Shown piece by piece: positions 29,657-43,065 of a stretch of DNA of 64,000 nt (positions are counted from its first letter, which is position 1; each line of letters starts with the position of its first letter). Source of the stretch: Paraspadella gotoi (taxonomy: Eukaryota > Animalia > Chaetognatha); contig CM119265.1 of NCBI GenBank assembly GCA_051294375.1, forward strand, positions 20,399,112 through 20,463,111. The letters are read 5' to 3'. Position numbers and translations under genes: made by a program. A model generated the notes under the pieces. The model searched no databases and had not been told where the DNA came from. It saw nothing but the letters and a program-made list of their open reading frames with translations.

Positions 29657-29978
29657 GTCATCTTTACCCATAGAAATTCTGTGAAAAAACAGCGTTTTTT
29701 TTCCTTCCCCTAGCTATTCCTCTCTTTTGATTCTTAGCTGTTCGACTAAATGCCTCATGCAATGCAAAAGAAGCGTCTAGACTCTTTATTATTCATATGC
29801 ATAGCGTTTTGAGGAAATCGCCAGTCCCATTACCGCAGATTTCTCTCTCTCTCTCTCTCTCTNNNNNNNNNNNNNNNNNNNNNNNNNGAGAGAGAGAGAC
29901 GAGAGAAAGGATGAGAGAGATGAGAGAGAGAGAGAGAGAGAGAGATGAGAGAGAGAGGAGGGATAGAGAGAGAGAAAA

Positions 29979-30049
29979 TCTATCTATTCTATCTAATCTT
30001 ATCTATTTATCTATCTTATCTATCTATCCTATCCTATCTACCTACCTAC

Positions 30050-30085
<36 letters not shown>

Positions 30086-30150
30086 TTATCTATCTAATCT
30101 ATCTTCTAATTCTTCCTAATCTATCTATCTATCTATCTATCTATCTCCTA
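29979..30150. repeat. (CTAT)n microsatellite, imperfect
   Basis: Direct tetranucleotide run. Confidence 0.9.
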
Positions 30151-31429
30151 TCTTATCCCTCTCAGGCTCTAAAAAATCCTCATTCCCAATTTTCCCAAAG
30201 AAGAAAAGATCTTCTTCCTTCGACCGCCCTTCAAAATTATTCCTTTTTCCGCGACCGCGAATGACGTCAGGATCGAGAATGACTCAACAAAAACGAGGTT
30301 CAAAGATGGCGTCAGCAACCCTTTCGGCTGGAGGCGTTCGTCGTCGATGACGTCGTCCCACTACCTCAATCGACGGGAGCGGACCCGTCGGCCCTAATTC
30401 GCCTCCCGTCGGCCCGATTGAAGTAAATCGCGTTTGTAACCGTCGCCGCGGCATTCCATGGCCCAAATAACTGGGCGGGCAGTCAGCCTCAGGTCACGGC
30501 CAAATAACGTCGACGGCATGTCCCGCCAGTAACGTCGCAAGCGCAAGTAATCCTCTCTCCGTGGACGGTCCGAAAAAAAAGACGTCTCTTCCGACCTTGG
30601 AATTTATTTTAATTTTTAAAACCTTTTTTTTCTCCCGTTAGACTTTTTTCACTGGAATTTAACGGTGAAAGTGGATTTTTTTCGAATTTATTTTTTTTTT
30701 GACATTTCTTACTTCGTTCTTGACAACGCTTTATCGATTACATTTAAGTCGCTTTCGTTCGACGGTGACCTTTTAAGCATTAAACGAGTCGAAAAAAAGT
30801 ACGACATAGGTTGTGGAAAAAAAAATAAAAATGAAACAATAATTTCCTATAGATGAATTGTAAATGTAAAACGTGTTAATATCGCATGATTACATTTTTT
30901 CTATTTTTACTTTCTTCATTACTTATTTAGTCAAACTGAAGCATCCGGAGTTTGATACTACATCCTGGTTGCGAAACCTTAAGAGCCTCACTAGCGAGTT
31001 GTCGCGAATAGAAATTACCGATAGAATGGGAATAGTAATTTTTTTTTTTATTTTTGCAAGCCCATTGAAAAACAAAATAAAAAACCGGCGATTAATCATA
31101 CGTACATAACGTACAACATTCGAACGTACATTTATTTACAAAAGGTTAATTAGGAATGAAACTCTACAATCGCAGGAGACACCTTGATCTCTTTTCAAGC
31201 TAAAAATCCGGAAATCACTCGAAAACGGCTCGAAGCCGAAAATCCTCACAACCCTGACCCCCGATGACACCCCCAGCCCCCGCCCGCCCCCGCCCTCTCA
31301 GACGCAGCGCCGCCCGCCGTCCGTCGGCGCCGCGGCGGATCCAAGTTTCGCCGACGACTCGCGATCGGCGCGCCGTCGACCTGCACGGTCTTGGGGTCAT
31401 CACCGCCGGGCCCGGAACTGATGGAGGAA

Positions 31430-31720
31430 GAAAGAGAGGGGAATAATGATGGGAAATAAGAGAGAGGGAATTGTATGGGAAAGAGCGGGGGGGGACAAAT
31501 GCATGGGGGGAAAAGAGAGGGAACTGGAAAATGATGGGATAATAGAGGGAAAATATGATAGATGGGAAAAGAGAGGGAGAGAAAAATGATGGGAAAGAGA
31601 GGGAATAAATGATGGGGAAAAAGAGAGGGGAAATGATGGGGGAAAGAGAGAGGGAAAAATGATGGGGGGGAAAGGAGAAAGGGAAATGATGGAGAAAGAG
31701 AGAAAAAATGATTGGGTAAA
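31430..31720. repeat. Purine-rich minisatellite, about 22-28 bp unit ATGATGGG(G)AAA(A)GAGAGGGAAA
   Basis: About ten degenerate tandem units. Confidence 0.8.
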
Positions 31721-34700
31721 AAGACGATCGGAAATAATGGTCACGGATGGAGGATATGACAATTCGTGGTTGGTTTTCCTATTGATGATTTTGTGGGCGG
31801 TATTCACATCGCCTCACGTCCGTCATCCTTTCACCAACATCCATTGGCTCAGAGGGCGAACCACACCTATCCCAAGCGTAGTTGTTCCATTCCACAGTCT
31901 TCCTAACGGACTTTCCCTCTCCGTTGCATTAGCGAGACCGTCCTAGGGTAAAGGTACCGCGCCAGTGACTGGAGGCGTCCTGAGTCGGAAAGCCCCCAAA
32001 GCCAACAGTGAGATGCCCCATCCCCCAATGGGGCATCATAAGGCCAATCCCGGCCTGTGCCCATAATTTTTCTTGGTTTTTTTATTATTTATTTTTTTTA
32101 AGTCTTTCCCTTTATTTCCCTTTAGTTCCCTTTAATTTGTTTTTAGTATCGAAAAACAAATTATATAATATTTTTTACAACGAAAAAGAGTTCTTTCTTT
32201 TATATTTTTATTGCACATTTTAAAGAATAATCTTTTTTTCATTGAAATATTTAACGGGGCTAAACGACATAAACTTACTAAACTAGTTCTTCACCTTTTA
32301 ATCTCGCGGATTGGGTTATTGGTCTAGGTTCTTCCGCCCCACAGAAAAGGGCGGTCTCCGCTGAGGCCAAAATCAAACCTTAATGAAGCTTTAGGCTTTT
32401 ATTTTTATGAATTTATTTATTTCAATTTTTAATCTATTATTTATTTACTATAATTATATTTAGTTTATATCTTCTGCCAGCGACAATTATCCCTCGCGAA
32501 ACTTACTTATAACCAGAAGGCAATTACGGTCAAACTTTTGTTTTTCCATTATTTGTTCTTTCTTTTCCTTCCGACCGGACGGAGGAGCGGCCCGGTTTGG
32601 GAAAATGACTGTGCGTCGACTTTATGGGTCTTTCTGCGGAGTTGGAATCGAGGCAATGAGGCATTTTGACTTTGGTCGCCCGATATTTCGTTGCACAACG
32701 GGAAGGGCGACCAATAACTACATTTTCATGAAGCGAAAATAAACGAGCCTGGGGGAGGAAATTTTGGCCACGGGAAAGTGGGAAAATGAAACACAGAAGA
32801 AAAAGACAAGAAAGTTGAAAATTTGTTACAAATTTACGGACCTACAAGATTTTTTTAACTCGAAGTGTTAAAGAATGCGAGCGAAAAAAATTACTTGGTA
32901 TCGTAAGATTGCAAACATGACATGGGAAAAAGAAAATTAGTCAAATAAATTTATGAAATGTAAGACTTAGTAATCCCGTAAGATATAATAATATAAGTCA
33001 CTCAAGGTAGATTACCGAAGACTGGCAATATATAAACGGCATTTGAGCGATAAGTGCTATTTCTTCGTTAAAAAAAACAATACATAATTTCATCCTCTTA
33101 CGTCGCCATGAAACAAAGATGCTTAATTTCGTCTCCAAAACAAAAAAAAAACAAAAAAGACCATCGACCTCATGCGGAAAAAGTAGACAAGGTTTTGGTT
33201 AAAGTTCCATTAATTCTGTCGTGTTTAAATGCGAGAAGACGCAGCCCGCCCAAATGGGAATAGTTAAGCAAAAAAAAAAGGTTTTAAAAACGTAAAAAAA
33301 ATGAAGTAAAATTTTTTTCCCCCTTTTCTCCCCATGCGCGTTGCTTCTTTTTGTTTTACGACGTTGAAAAATGGCGGGTATTTCAAAATTTTATTTTTTT
33401 TTTTATTTTTTTTAAATTTATTTTTAATTGTTTGTCAGGTTAGATGTAATTTCGTTGTTTGGTCCGGGAATTTAATTCTTACACTCTCGACGGTCGACGA
33501 ATAGAAGATTATTTTTTTATTCGGGTTTTTATTTAAAAATTAAAAGTTTTTTGAAACAGGCTTTTTAATCGTTTTCAAGCGTGTTCCCCTATTTCCTGAT
33601 ATAACCAGGTTCAGAATAAAATTTAAAAAAAAAAAAAAAACGAAAAAAAAAACAAAATAGAATTTAACCGAAACTTAAATTAAACCAGTTTTGTCATTGG
33701 TTTTTCTTTGCAGATGGCGAGACAATCATTACTCCATTGATGGCCCGTGGAAATTAAATTTCACTTTTATATCGAAAAAAAATTAATGAACACTTCCGGG
33801 GGATAAAAATTAGTTTGGTTTGCGGTAGAAATAGAGTATAGAATACTAGAATCACTACTTGAAAGGAGGAGAAGAGAGAGAGGATAAGAGAGAGAGAGAG
33901 GGACGACGACGAGAGACGAGAGAGGAGAGAGAGAGACCTGAGACAGTGAGGAGGAGAGAGGAACGAGGAGAGAGGAGAGAGAGAGAAGAAGCTGAGAGGA
34001 GAGAGCCACATTAAAAGGAAAATTGAATAAATATACATAATGGGCAGTGAGAGGTCAACGGGTCTCATATTGAGGATTTTTAGAGCAAAAACTTTTCAAT
34101 TAGAGTTTTGGAGAGAGAATATAATGGCGTGGGGGAGGACGATAGAAGGAAAATTTTACGGAAAGAGAGGAGAGAGAGAGAGAGAGAGGAGACGAGGGAG
34201 AGAGAAGGAGAGAGATAGAGAGGAGAGAGATTAGAGAGAGAAAAGAGAATGGAGAGAGAGAGAGCAAGAGAGAAGAGAGAGAGAGAGGATGGGAGAGAGA
34301 GAAGAGGAGAGAGAGAGAGATAGGAGAGTTTGAGAGAGAGACAGGGACAGACAGACAGACAGACAGACCAGATAGTACACGACCGGATTTTCGTATAAAT
34401 CAAACATGCTGGTACGATCAATAATTAAATCTCGGGGCTTCCAAGCAATATATTTATATGTTTTTTTTTTTTTTAATCGAGAATTATAAGAGTAATCATT
34501 TTATGTACAATAAAAAAAAAATATATCCCCTGAAGAGAAAAAGAGAAAAACGAGTAGGCAAGACAAATATCAGTTTGGTCTTTTTTTTTGCTCTGTTTTC
34601 TAAAATTAATGAATAAAGATAGGTTGACACTTTTAGCCCAACAGAAGTATTATTGATAAATTACAAGTAAAATTTAAACACAAATGATGATCAAATACAA

Positions 34701-36510
34701 TGATCAATATATTAATACTTACAAAGCACTAGATTAATAATGATGGGATTTGAAAAAACTCCGGAAAAGACAGGGAAATCCGAATTTGATTTGAAATAAA
34801 TTTATTATCGCAACATTGAGGCGAAATCAAGAGGAAAACCCAACTGCTATTTTTGTTCTAAAAAATCTGTCAATAAACTCGCGAAGATTCTGTCCGTCGC
34901 GCATTTAAAATTGAATTGTCCACTATGTTCCATCGATCTTTTGTGTTTGGTCGATAATATAGAGATTGAATAGACAAAAAAAATCAATTAACATGGAAAA
35001 TTAACAATATAAGTTAAAGTTAACAAGTACAGATCTGCCGTCGTCGGATTTTTTTATTGTGAAATAATTAATAAAAATATGACGTTCTCATTGTTATCTT
35101 TGCTTTGAGGGCTTGAGTTGGTAGGGCGCCGAAAGAGGAAATTGCCGAAAGATGAGAGAGAGAGATAGAGAGAGAGAGAGGAGAGAGAGAGATGGAGAGC
35201 GACTAACAAACTAAACCAACTAATTAAATAATCCGAAATTTTTCTCGTCTCAAACAACATAATATTTCAAAAAATCTGTTTGAAATTAATTTTAGTTTTT
35301 AGTATATGGGGACTCCGAACCCTTTTTGGCTTTTTTTTCCCGACTTAAGGTGCGCCTCGGTGCATTTTCATTTTGAAATAATTCAGTGGGGAGAATGAGA
35401 AAAAAGAGAGAAGAAGCGGGAGAGAGCTACAAAGGAAAGGGGGAGAGAGTGAGAGAAGGGAGCCAGAAAGGATGGCCGGAGGGAAAAAGAAAAAAAAAAA
35501 TCGAATGGAGGGGGAAAAAAAAAAAAAAAAGCAAACAAGAAACCAAACGGAGAGAATAATTGGGGAGGAAAAAAAAAAAAGGGAAAAAAAAAAAAAAAGA
35601 AAGTGGAAAGAAAAATGGTTAAATAAAAAGGAAGGGAAAAAGGTTAATGTGGAATTGTTGTTATATTGAGTAGAGAAGGGAGAGGAGAGAGAAGACGAGA
35701 CTAGAACGGAGAATGAGCAACCGAGAAGCACGAGAGGAGAGAGAGCGAACAACGCGAGAGCGATAGAGAATAGAGAGGAGAGCGGTTGACACATTATTGG
35801 AAGTATGACAGATCAATGAGGAAATTCAAGTTATGGGAGGTGCCCGACGGGAGAGGAGGATTGCAAATGAATTTTTTTTAAGGAAGATTGGCCGGAGCGA
35901 AACAGGACACGGAGGTCGTGCGTGAGCAGAGAATCAGGAGAGAAGAGTCCTGCCAAAGCGGGTATGGCGACCATCTCGACAGAAAATAGTTTAATAAAAT
36001 ATAAAAAAAAAGCCAAGGAAAGGATATATTTATTTACTGACTATGAATATCTAATAAAGAAAGATAATAAATTTTTCAGCTGGGGGAAAAAAAGGACCGA
36101 AATGCATGGCCACCGCCTTTTGGCAAACGATTCTCGAAGAGATCCCTTAAGGTATATTGATGAGGAAGGAAAGTTTTACTACATTTTTGACTATTCAACT
36201 TACAGTCCTATACTATTTAGTACAAAACATTAAACGATTTTCACATCTGCACTCGGACGTAGACAGAGAGAGAGAGAGAGAGGAGCAGAGATGAGAGAGC
36301 GACGACACATGAGAGAGAGAAACGAAGAAGATGAAGAGAGAGAGGAGAGAGAGAGGCCGGTCTAGAGAGAGAGAGAAAGAGAGGAGAAAATAATGAGGTG
36401 AGGATCGACGGTTTGGACCGAAAACGAGGGGAAACAAAGTTTTTGCGTGCGGATTTTTGTACTCTAAGATGCGACTATAACTGAGACGTGAGGCGAGAAG
36501 GCAGAAAGCG

Positions 36511-36832
36511 ATGTCGTCGTCGTCGTCGTCGTCGTCGTCGTTCGTCGTCGTCGTCGACGTTCGTCCGTCGTCGTCGTCGTCCGTCTTCGCTCGTCGTCGT
36601 CGTCGTCGTCAGGGACAAAATTTTATTCAAAGTTTACGAGCGGAACATCTGTCAGAACACCGCCAACCTTCGCCGCCGCCGCCGCCGCCCGCCGCCGACG
36701 CCCGCCGCTGCCGCCGCCGCCTCCGCCGCCGCCGACGCTTTCTTCTCGTTCGTCAAGCCTTTTTCGCTACCGGCAAACAACGCCTCCACCAGTCATGTCC
36801 GTGTCTGTCGTCGCTCCGTCGTCTTGTTCGGC
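36511..36832 (+). other. Candidate ATG-started exon (Ser/Pro/Ala-rich), apparently frameshifted within triplet repeats
   Basis: GC-rich island; ATG at 36511; GGC|GTGAGA donor at 36833, phase 0 in the 3' frame; single-base slips visible in the (TCG)n and (GCC)n tracts. Confidence 0.25.
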
Positions 36833-38302
36833 GTGAGAGAGCCATAATATTTAGGAGAAAAAGAATGTGAGAAGTACTTTTGTTTTTCTTTTTTACATTA
36901 AATATTACAAATATATTTCAATAGTATTGTAATTTTATATTGGACTTTTTTCTGCAGTCATTATTAAAAAATTTAGGCCCGTTTTGAAAAATCCGAAATA
37001 AATGATATGGAGAGAGAGAGAGAGAGATGAGAGAGGAGAGAGAAGAGGGAGCGAGAGAGACGAGACGAGAGAGAGAGAGGAGAGAAGAGATCAAGCAGAA
37101 GAGAGACGATGAGGATGAGAGAGAGGAGTAAAGCAAACCGATCGAAACTTTACTTCACTCAGATTCTGACGTTTATTGCACAGCAATTCCCATCCAGATT
37201 CTTCTCCTTTGATAAGAAATACGTGTTCTCTTTTTTAAAAATAAAAGCCCCGCCAACCCCCCCCCCCCCCAAAAAAAAAAAGAATTCAATTAAATTTAAA
37301 AATTTAAACTTTAAAACTCTTTGGATTTCTCTTCCCGAAACCCAACCCCCCCTCCACCATCCCCACAGGTCGCCCCCCCTCCATCTCCCCGTGGATGGAA
37401 ACGGGCATGTTCTGATCCGTAAAAGTTCCCATTAGAAACTTCAGATTAACATAATTACTTGCGGAAAGAAAACACCCCCAGAAGGGATGAAGGACCCAGG
37501 AAGGAATGGACCCTTTTGGAAAGAAAGAGAGAGAGAGAGAGAGAGGAGCCCAAGAGAAGAGAGAGAGAGAGACGCCAAGATTTCTCTCCTCTCTCTCTCT
37601 GCTCTCTCTCCGAGAGAGACTTACTCTTCCTACCTCACCTCTTTTCTCTCTCATCTTCTCTCTCTCATCTCTCTTCTCTCACCTCAGGCTATTCTCTCTC
37701 TCTCTTTCCTGATCACAACACATTCGAATTTCGTAACTTTCTCTCATCGACGTCGAGCGCCCATGCGCTATTCAACCACGGCACGATATCGCCTCCATTC
37801 TTCTCAGCGTTTCTTCATTCATTTATTGATAAATGGCTTTTCTGAAAGAGAAATGAAGGCGGGGGGGGAAAGAGTAGAACGAGGAGGACACGGAAGGGAG
37901 AATCGAGAGAAGAAACGAGAATACGCAGGAGAGAGATCACGACTTAAGTACTGCCAACATAGTGGCATGAGTCCAAAATCGCATTTACATTTTCGTCCGC
38001 CAATTATCTCGTTCGCGCCTAATAAACGCCATGTTACCATAAAACGTTTTTAAAGAAACCCGAAAACCGCCAACTTTACTTCTCCCTCTCTTTCTTCCGC
38101 TCGGCATAACAGAGTGGGTTTTTTTTTTGGAGCCGTTCGCGTTAAGTTATTTTTGCATCGTTTTTTTTTCGTGTTTTTTTTTGGTTTTTTTTTGTTTTCT
38201 GGGTGAATGTTTTTCTCATTTTTCCGTCGTCGAAGCCAAAACGACTTAAGCCTTAGAGAACTGGTTTCCTTTCTCACNNNNNNNNNNNNNNNNNNNNNNN
38301 NN

Positions 38303-38379
38303 GTTGAATGTTTTTCTCATTTTTCCGTCGTCGAACCAAAACGACTTAAGCCTTAGAGAAAACTGTTTCCTTTTCTCAC
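38303..38379 (+). other. About 75-bp overlap duplication across a 25-N gap (copy of 38203-38277)
   Basis: TGAATGTTTTTCTCATTTTTCCGTCGTCGAA...CCTTAGAGAA...TTCTCAC occurs on both sides of the gap. Confidence 0.9.
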
Positions 38380-40139
38380 ATGCGAAAGAGAGAGGAAAAA
38401 AAAAGTTAACTTAGCTTAAAAAATCCTTTTTTTTTAAAAAACCCTTTTTCTACTTTTTTTCCTTTCATTTTTTGTCCCTCAGATTGACTTTTTGAAGGCT
38501 TTTTTTTTTTTAAACCCGGTAGCCAAAAAACGCCTTCACTTTTATCGTTCTGTCGTCGTCGTCGTCGTCGTCATCAACTTTATTTCAATCCTCATCTTTT
38601 TGTTTTTAAACAGCCTAACTTACTACAAGAAAACCTGACTTTGATTTATAACATCATTTTTAAAACTCAATTTTTAGGATATAAGTCCATAATTTATCTT
38701 TTGTTTTTTAATGAGGCTTTCACGTCAACCGAGTGATAAAACCGCCCTATCTCCCCATTTCCTATTTTCTCCTCTCATCCGCTACACAGCCAAGTTGCCA
38801 CACCCCATTTGCTGTTAAGTTTCCGCTCTTTTTTTAGGCGGGTTTTACTTGGCGGGGAAATCGGGGTGGAGGTGAGATCAACCGATAAAAAAGAAAAAAG
38901 AAAAAAAGATGTATATAAAAAAGAAGCGAATTCGACGTTAAAGAGAATCGCTGCATAATTTTCACGATGTCTTTTCTGACTCTCCCTACATTCTCAGTCT
39001 TTCTGTCCATCCGTCACTACGTGTCCCTTTACATCCATTCGTCTCTACCCACTTCCGTCTATACAGTATACAATATTCATAGTATGTACAATTGTACATT
39101 GTACAACATACAAAGTATGTATTAAAATAGGACCCTTCCTTCCTTCATCCATATCTTTCTCCATTTAATTTTATCGATCCGTCCCTTTATATCCTTTCTT
39201 CTTTCCTTTATTCCGTAATGTCATTTTATAGCTTCTTTCCCTTTGTCCTTTTCACTATCATGCCCTTGTCGTTTCCTCCCTTAATCTCTTCCTTTGTCCT
39301 TTCTTTTCTTTTATCCCTTGTCCCATCATAACTCCGTCCCTTTATAGCTTTCTCTTTTCCTCTTTACTTTTTCTCTTATGCATTCATGCATTTATACATT
39401 AACCTCCTTTTAAACTTACTTTTCTGTCTAAAATGATCTTTTCTCGTCATTCTTTTCTCCGATGTCTTTTTAAACCTGTTCCCATTCGTTCTACTCTCGA
39501 ATTCACGTCTCCTCCCTTTTTTTTCAAAACTTTTCCCCTAACCTCCTCTTCTCTCCTTCTCTCTCTCTCTCTCTCTCTCTCTTCCTCCTCTCAGTCTCTC
39601 TCTCACTCCTCTCTCTCTCTCTCTCTTGTTCTCCCCTCCATTCGCTGCTTTTTTTTTCAAAACTCCGCTTTTTTTTCTTTCTCCGACACGATGTTAACGA
39701 TGCGCACTTGGGTCCCCGTAGAGGCTCTCAGCGCTTTCCCTCACCCGGACTTACCCATCAAAGACTTCGCCCATACCTCGCTTTCAAAAAAGTCAGTCTC
39801 TCTCTCTCTCCTCTCTCTCTCCTCTCTCTTTCTCTCTCTCTCTCTCTCATTTCGAAGCGAAAAAAATATCCTACTGCACCATCAAAACGCGCTTAAAATG
39901 TGTGATGCTAGATGTTAGAAGGATGTGACTTCATATATTACGAGTCACTTGCTGTCCTTAGCTATCTAAGTTTTCATTTAAGAACTGCAAAAATAATGTT
40001 ACGTTAAAAATTTACCTAGACCATTTTGTTAAAAATGAATGAAACAAATTTGTATGACATTTTGAACAAACGCAATGATGCATAATTTTCTTTCTCTTTC
40101 TCCTTCTATTTCTCTTTATTGTCTCACATCTCTCTCTCA

Positions 40140-40185
<46 letters not shown>

Positions 40186-40207
40186 GTCTCATTCTCTCTC
40201 TCATCTC

Positions 40208-40250
<43 letters not shown>

Positions 40251-40311
40251 CTCTCTGTTTCTCTCGTTTTTTGCGGTCATTATTTCCGCCTAAATTTTTC
40301 CCATGCATTTT

Positions 40312-40387
<76 letters not shown>

Positions 40388-42992
40388 TCCACCAACGACA
40401 ATTGGATTTTCGTTCGAAACGATTTCTGGGGCTTCTAACGAGCGAGAGGAGTTGAGAGAAAATAGACAGAGAGCGAGACGGGAGAGAAAAGTGAGAGAGA
40501 GAGAGAGAAAAAAGAGAGAGATGAAAAGAGAGAGAGAGAGAGAGAGACATGGGGTTGGTTCGACAATCGACCGAGCCGCGAGACGACAAAAGGGCTTCCC
40601 TCTCCTTCCGCTCCTCACTCTCTTAAACCGCCGGTCGAAGGTCGGAGTCATCCGCGTCGGTGACTCTCGAAAAAGATGAGCGAGATCCTCTTCCTTCTCT
40701 ACCGACGGGCGATCGTCGCGGTCTAGGGTGCGAAAGATCCGCGAAAAATACGCTTCCTACTCTTTTTTCTCTTTCCTAAGTTTTTGCTTTTCTATTTTTT
40801 TATTTATTTCAACAACGACAACAACAACGAACAAGAAAAAAACAACCTTAATGGACTCTTAAACTTACCTAAATCGTGACCTACGACTTAAGGTCAAATA
40901 GTTAACTGACCACTACGATTTGTTTCAACTCTTATGGTTATTTTACTATTGTCTTTTCTCTTTTTGTTATTGTCGTTTGTCTCTCTGAAACATGATTTGA
41001 TCATTAACATGTGTAAATAAATTCGTGAAACATCTTCTTATTTTCTTCTTTAAATTAATTTTCTTTGCCAACCGTAGAGACAAAAACGGATCACGTAGTC
41101 TGAAAAACAGTTGAAATTCGTTTATAATGAAACTGCGTGTTTAAATGACGGTTTATAGCAATTAAAAATTTCTCAATCGATCGCGTCCAAATTTGAAACT
41201 TCAAACTTTGCGGTGCATTTGTGATGACGTTAAAATAATTAAACCTTTTAGATTTTAAAAAAAATATCATCCATTGAAACGTTATTACTCTTCCACGTTT
41301 AAACGAGAAAAATTCCTCACGAATCTCTGGCAAAAAAAAACGTTAAGTTGAAAAAGCATTATCAGGATTTCCGGGCCAATCGCGCGGTTGTCCGCGTCAT
41401 AAAGAGGTTAGTTCCGTTTTCGAGGTTCCGGCAGCTTGAGAAAATCTCTTGTAGCATTTGAAAATTCCATTTTTTTTACCTAATATCTAATTTCTTACCA
41501 ATTATTTTCTGCTGGCAAGTAAATCCCTTAAAAAACTAGTTTAATGAATTGCATTTCTTGTAAAGAATGGACTTTTCTGAAAAACTTATTATTGATCTTA
41601 AACAGTTAAATAACTTATTTTCGAGTTTATAATTCTATGTATAACTGTTAGGCAATGGTAAGTCTGTAGAGACATTAGTTGAAGAACAGTTTTACTTTTA
41701 GCCCGCATAAGCGAGCAGTGTGACCTTGTAACGCGACCTTCCTCTCTAAACCACTGTCAGCATTCCCAGACATAAAGCAAAAAGTTAAACTTGAACCAGA
41801 CTGACGATGATGAAGCAAAGTAAAGTTAAATAACAAGAATTAAAAAATTATGAAACAAAAATTTGAATAATCTTTATTGTTTAAAATTTTCTCTCACTTT
41901 CGCCGACCGGGCCGTTTGGCCGTTTTGAAAAGCATACTCTAAAATAATTTATTTAAAAACATTTCTTTTAAAAATAATTATTACGAATTACCCCTAACCA
42001 TAAACCCTTCTATGCCTAAAATACTCCCGTCGCCATGGCGCTCAGTAAAAATTAGTGCCATTTATTTTATTTTTGTTATCCTATGCTTCATTTACTTTAC
42101 CTATTGACATTGACTGATGCTTTATGAGAAATGATAAATTTCTCTCGAAATTCGAGAGTAAGACTCGTGAAAGAGGAGCGAAAGGATGAGTGACGAGAGT
42201 GCAGAAAGAGAAGGAAGAGAATCCTGCTCCTTGCCGCGGAAAGACGAGCTGAATTCAGGAGGATCGACTCTACGTCCGCCGCGAGTAAGTCGCTCGGCTG
42301 AGTCGCGGCTGACCAGATCAGCAGGTCGTGATAGTGGAGGGAAAGTCAACTAATATGCCTCAGAGTGATCGAAGAGAGAGAGAGAACAAAGAGAGAGAGA
42401 GAGATGAGAGAAAGAGAGAGAGCGTTCCCATTCACAATATTTTGCCGGGTTAAAGAGATCTCAAAGATCAATGACGAAACTTCTTGCCTTTGAGAAATCA
42501 ATGTGTAATGGATCCAGGGACGGGGGTGAGAGAAGGGGGAGTTTGGAAGAAGAAGCAGGTGAGGAAAGAGAAAGAAGAGAGTAGTGAAGAATACATATTA
42601 GGGGGTAAAGGACGAAGAAGCGGCGATTAGTAAGAAAACAAGGGGGTAGAGAAAAATAAGAAAAATCAGGGTAAATATATTTGGATGAGTAGCGGTTTGG
42701 CAGCGGCGTAGTTTTAAATGATTAACCCGTCAAATCCGGAAGCGAGTCGGTCTTCCAAAAGCGACTCATGAATATGCGACGTTTTACTGCAAAGCTGGTC
42801 TTCTACTTTACGACATCGTAGTGATCATTCATTATTCATGCAGTAAATACGAGCTATTTCAAGCTATCTCGGAGCTGCTTGCTTGCTTTACGAATATATC
42901 TACTCATTGACCAGCTCAGCTGATTATTTCCGAATTTCTTCACTGGAGAGTCAGCTACCGTCTCGACCCTAGCCACTGACGCAAAACCGCAT

Positions 42993-43065
42993 TCCCTCGG
43001 GGTTCGAACCGGCGACCTCGAAAGCCGCGAGCCCGTCGGGCGACCCGCTGCGCCACCGGGCGGCC
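42993..43065 (-). mobile_element. tRNA-derived SINE head or tRNA pseudogene
   Basis: Minus strand has A-box TGGCGCAGCGG (43055-43045) and B-box GGTTCGAACCC (43010-43000) at tRNA-like spacing; D, anticodon and T stems pair poorly, so it is not a functional tRNA. Confidence 0.65.

Noticed and set aside
31985-32040. RNase MRP-like motifs GAAAGCCCCC and AATGGGGCATCA
   Set aside because: Only about 40 nt apart, far too close for the MRP P4 pseudoknot architecture.
42993-43065. Functional tRNA gene
   Set aside because: Acceptor, anticodon and T stems do not pair properly.
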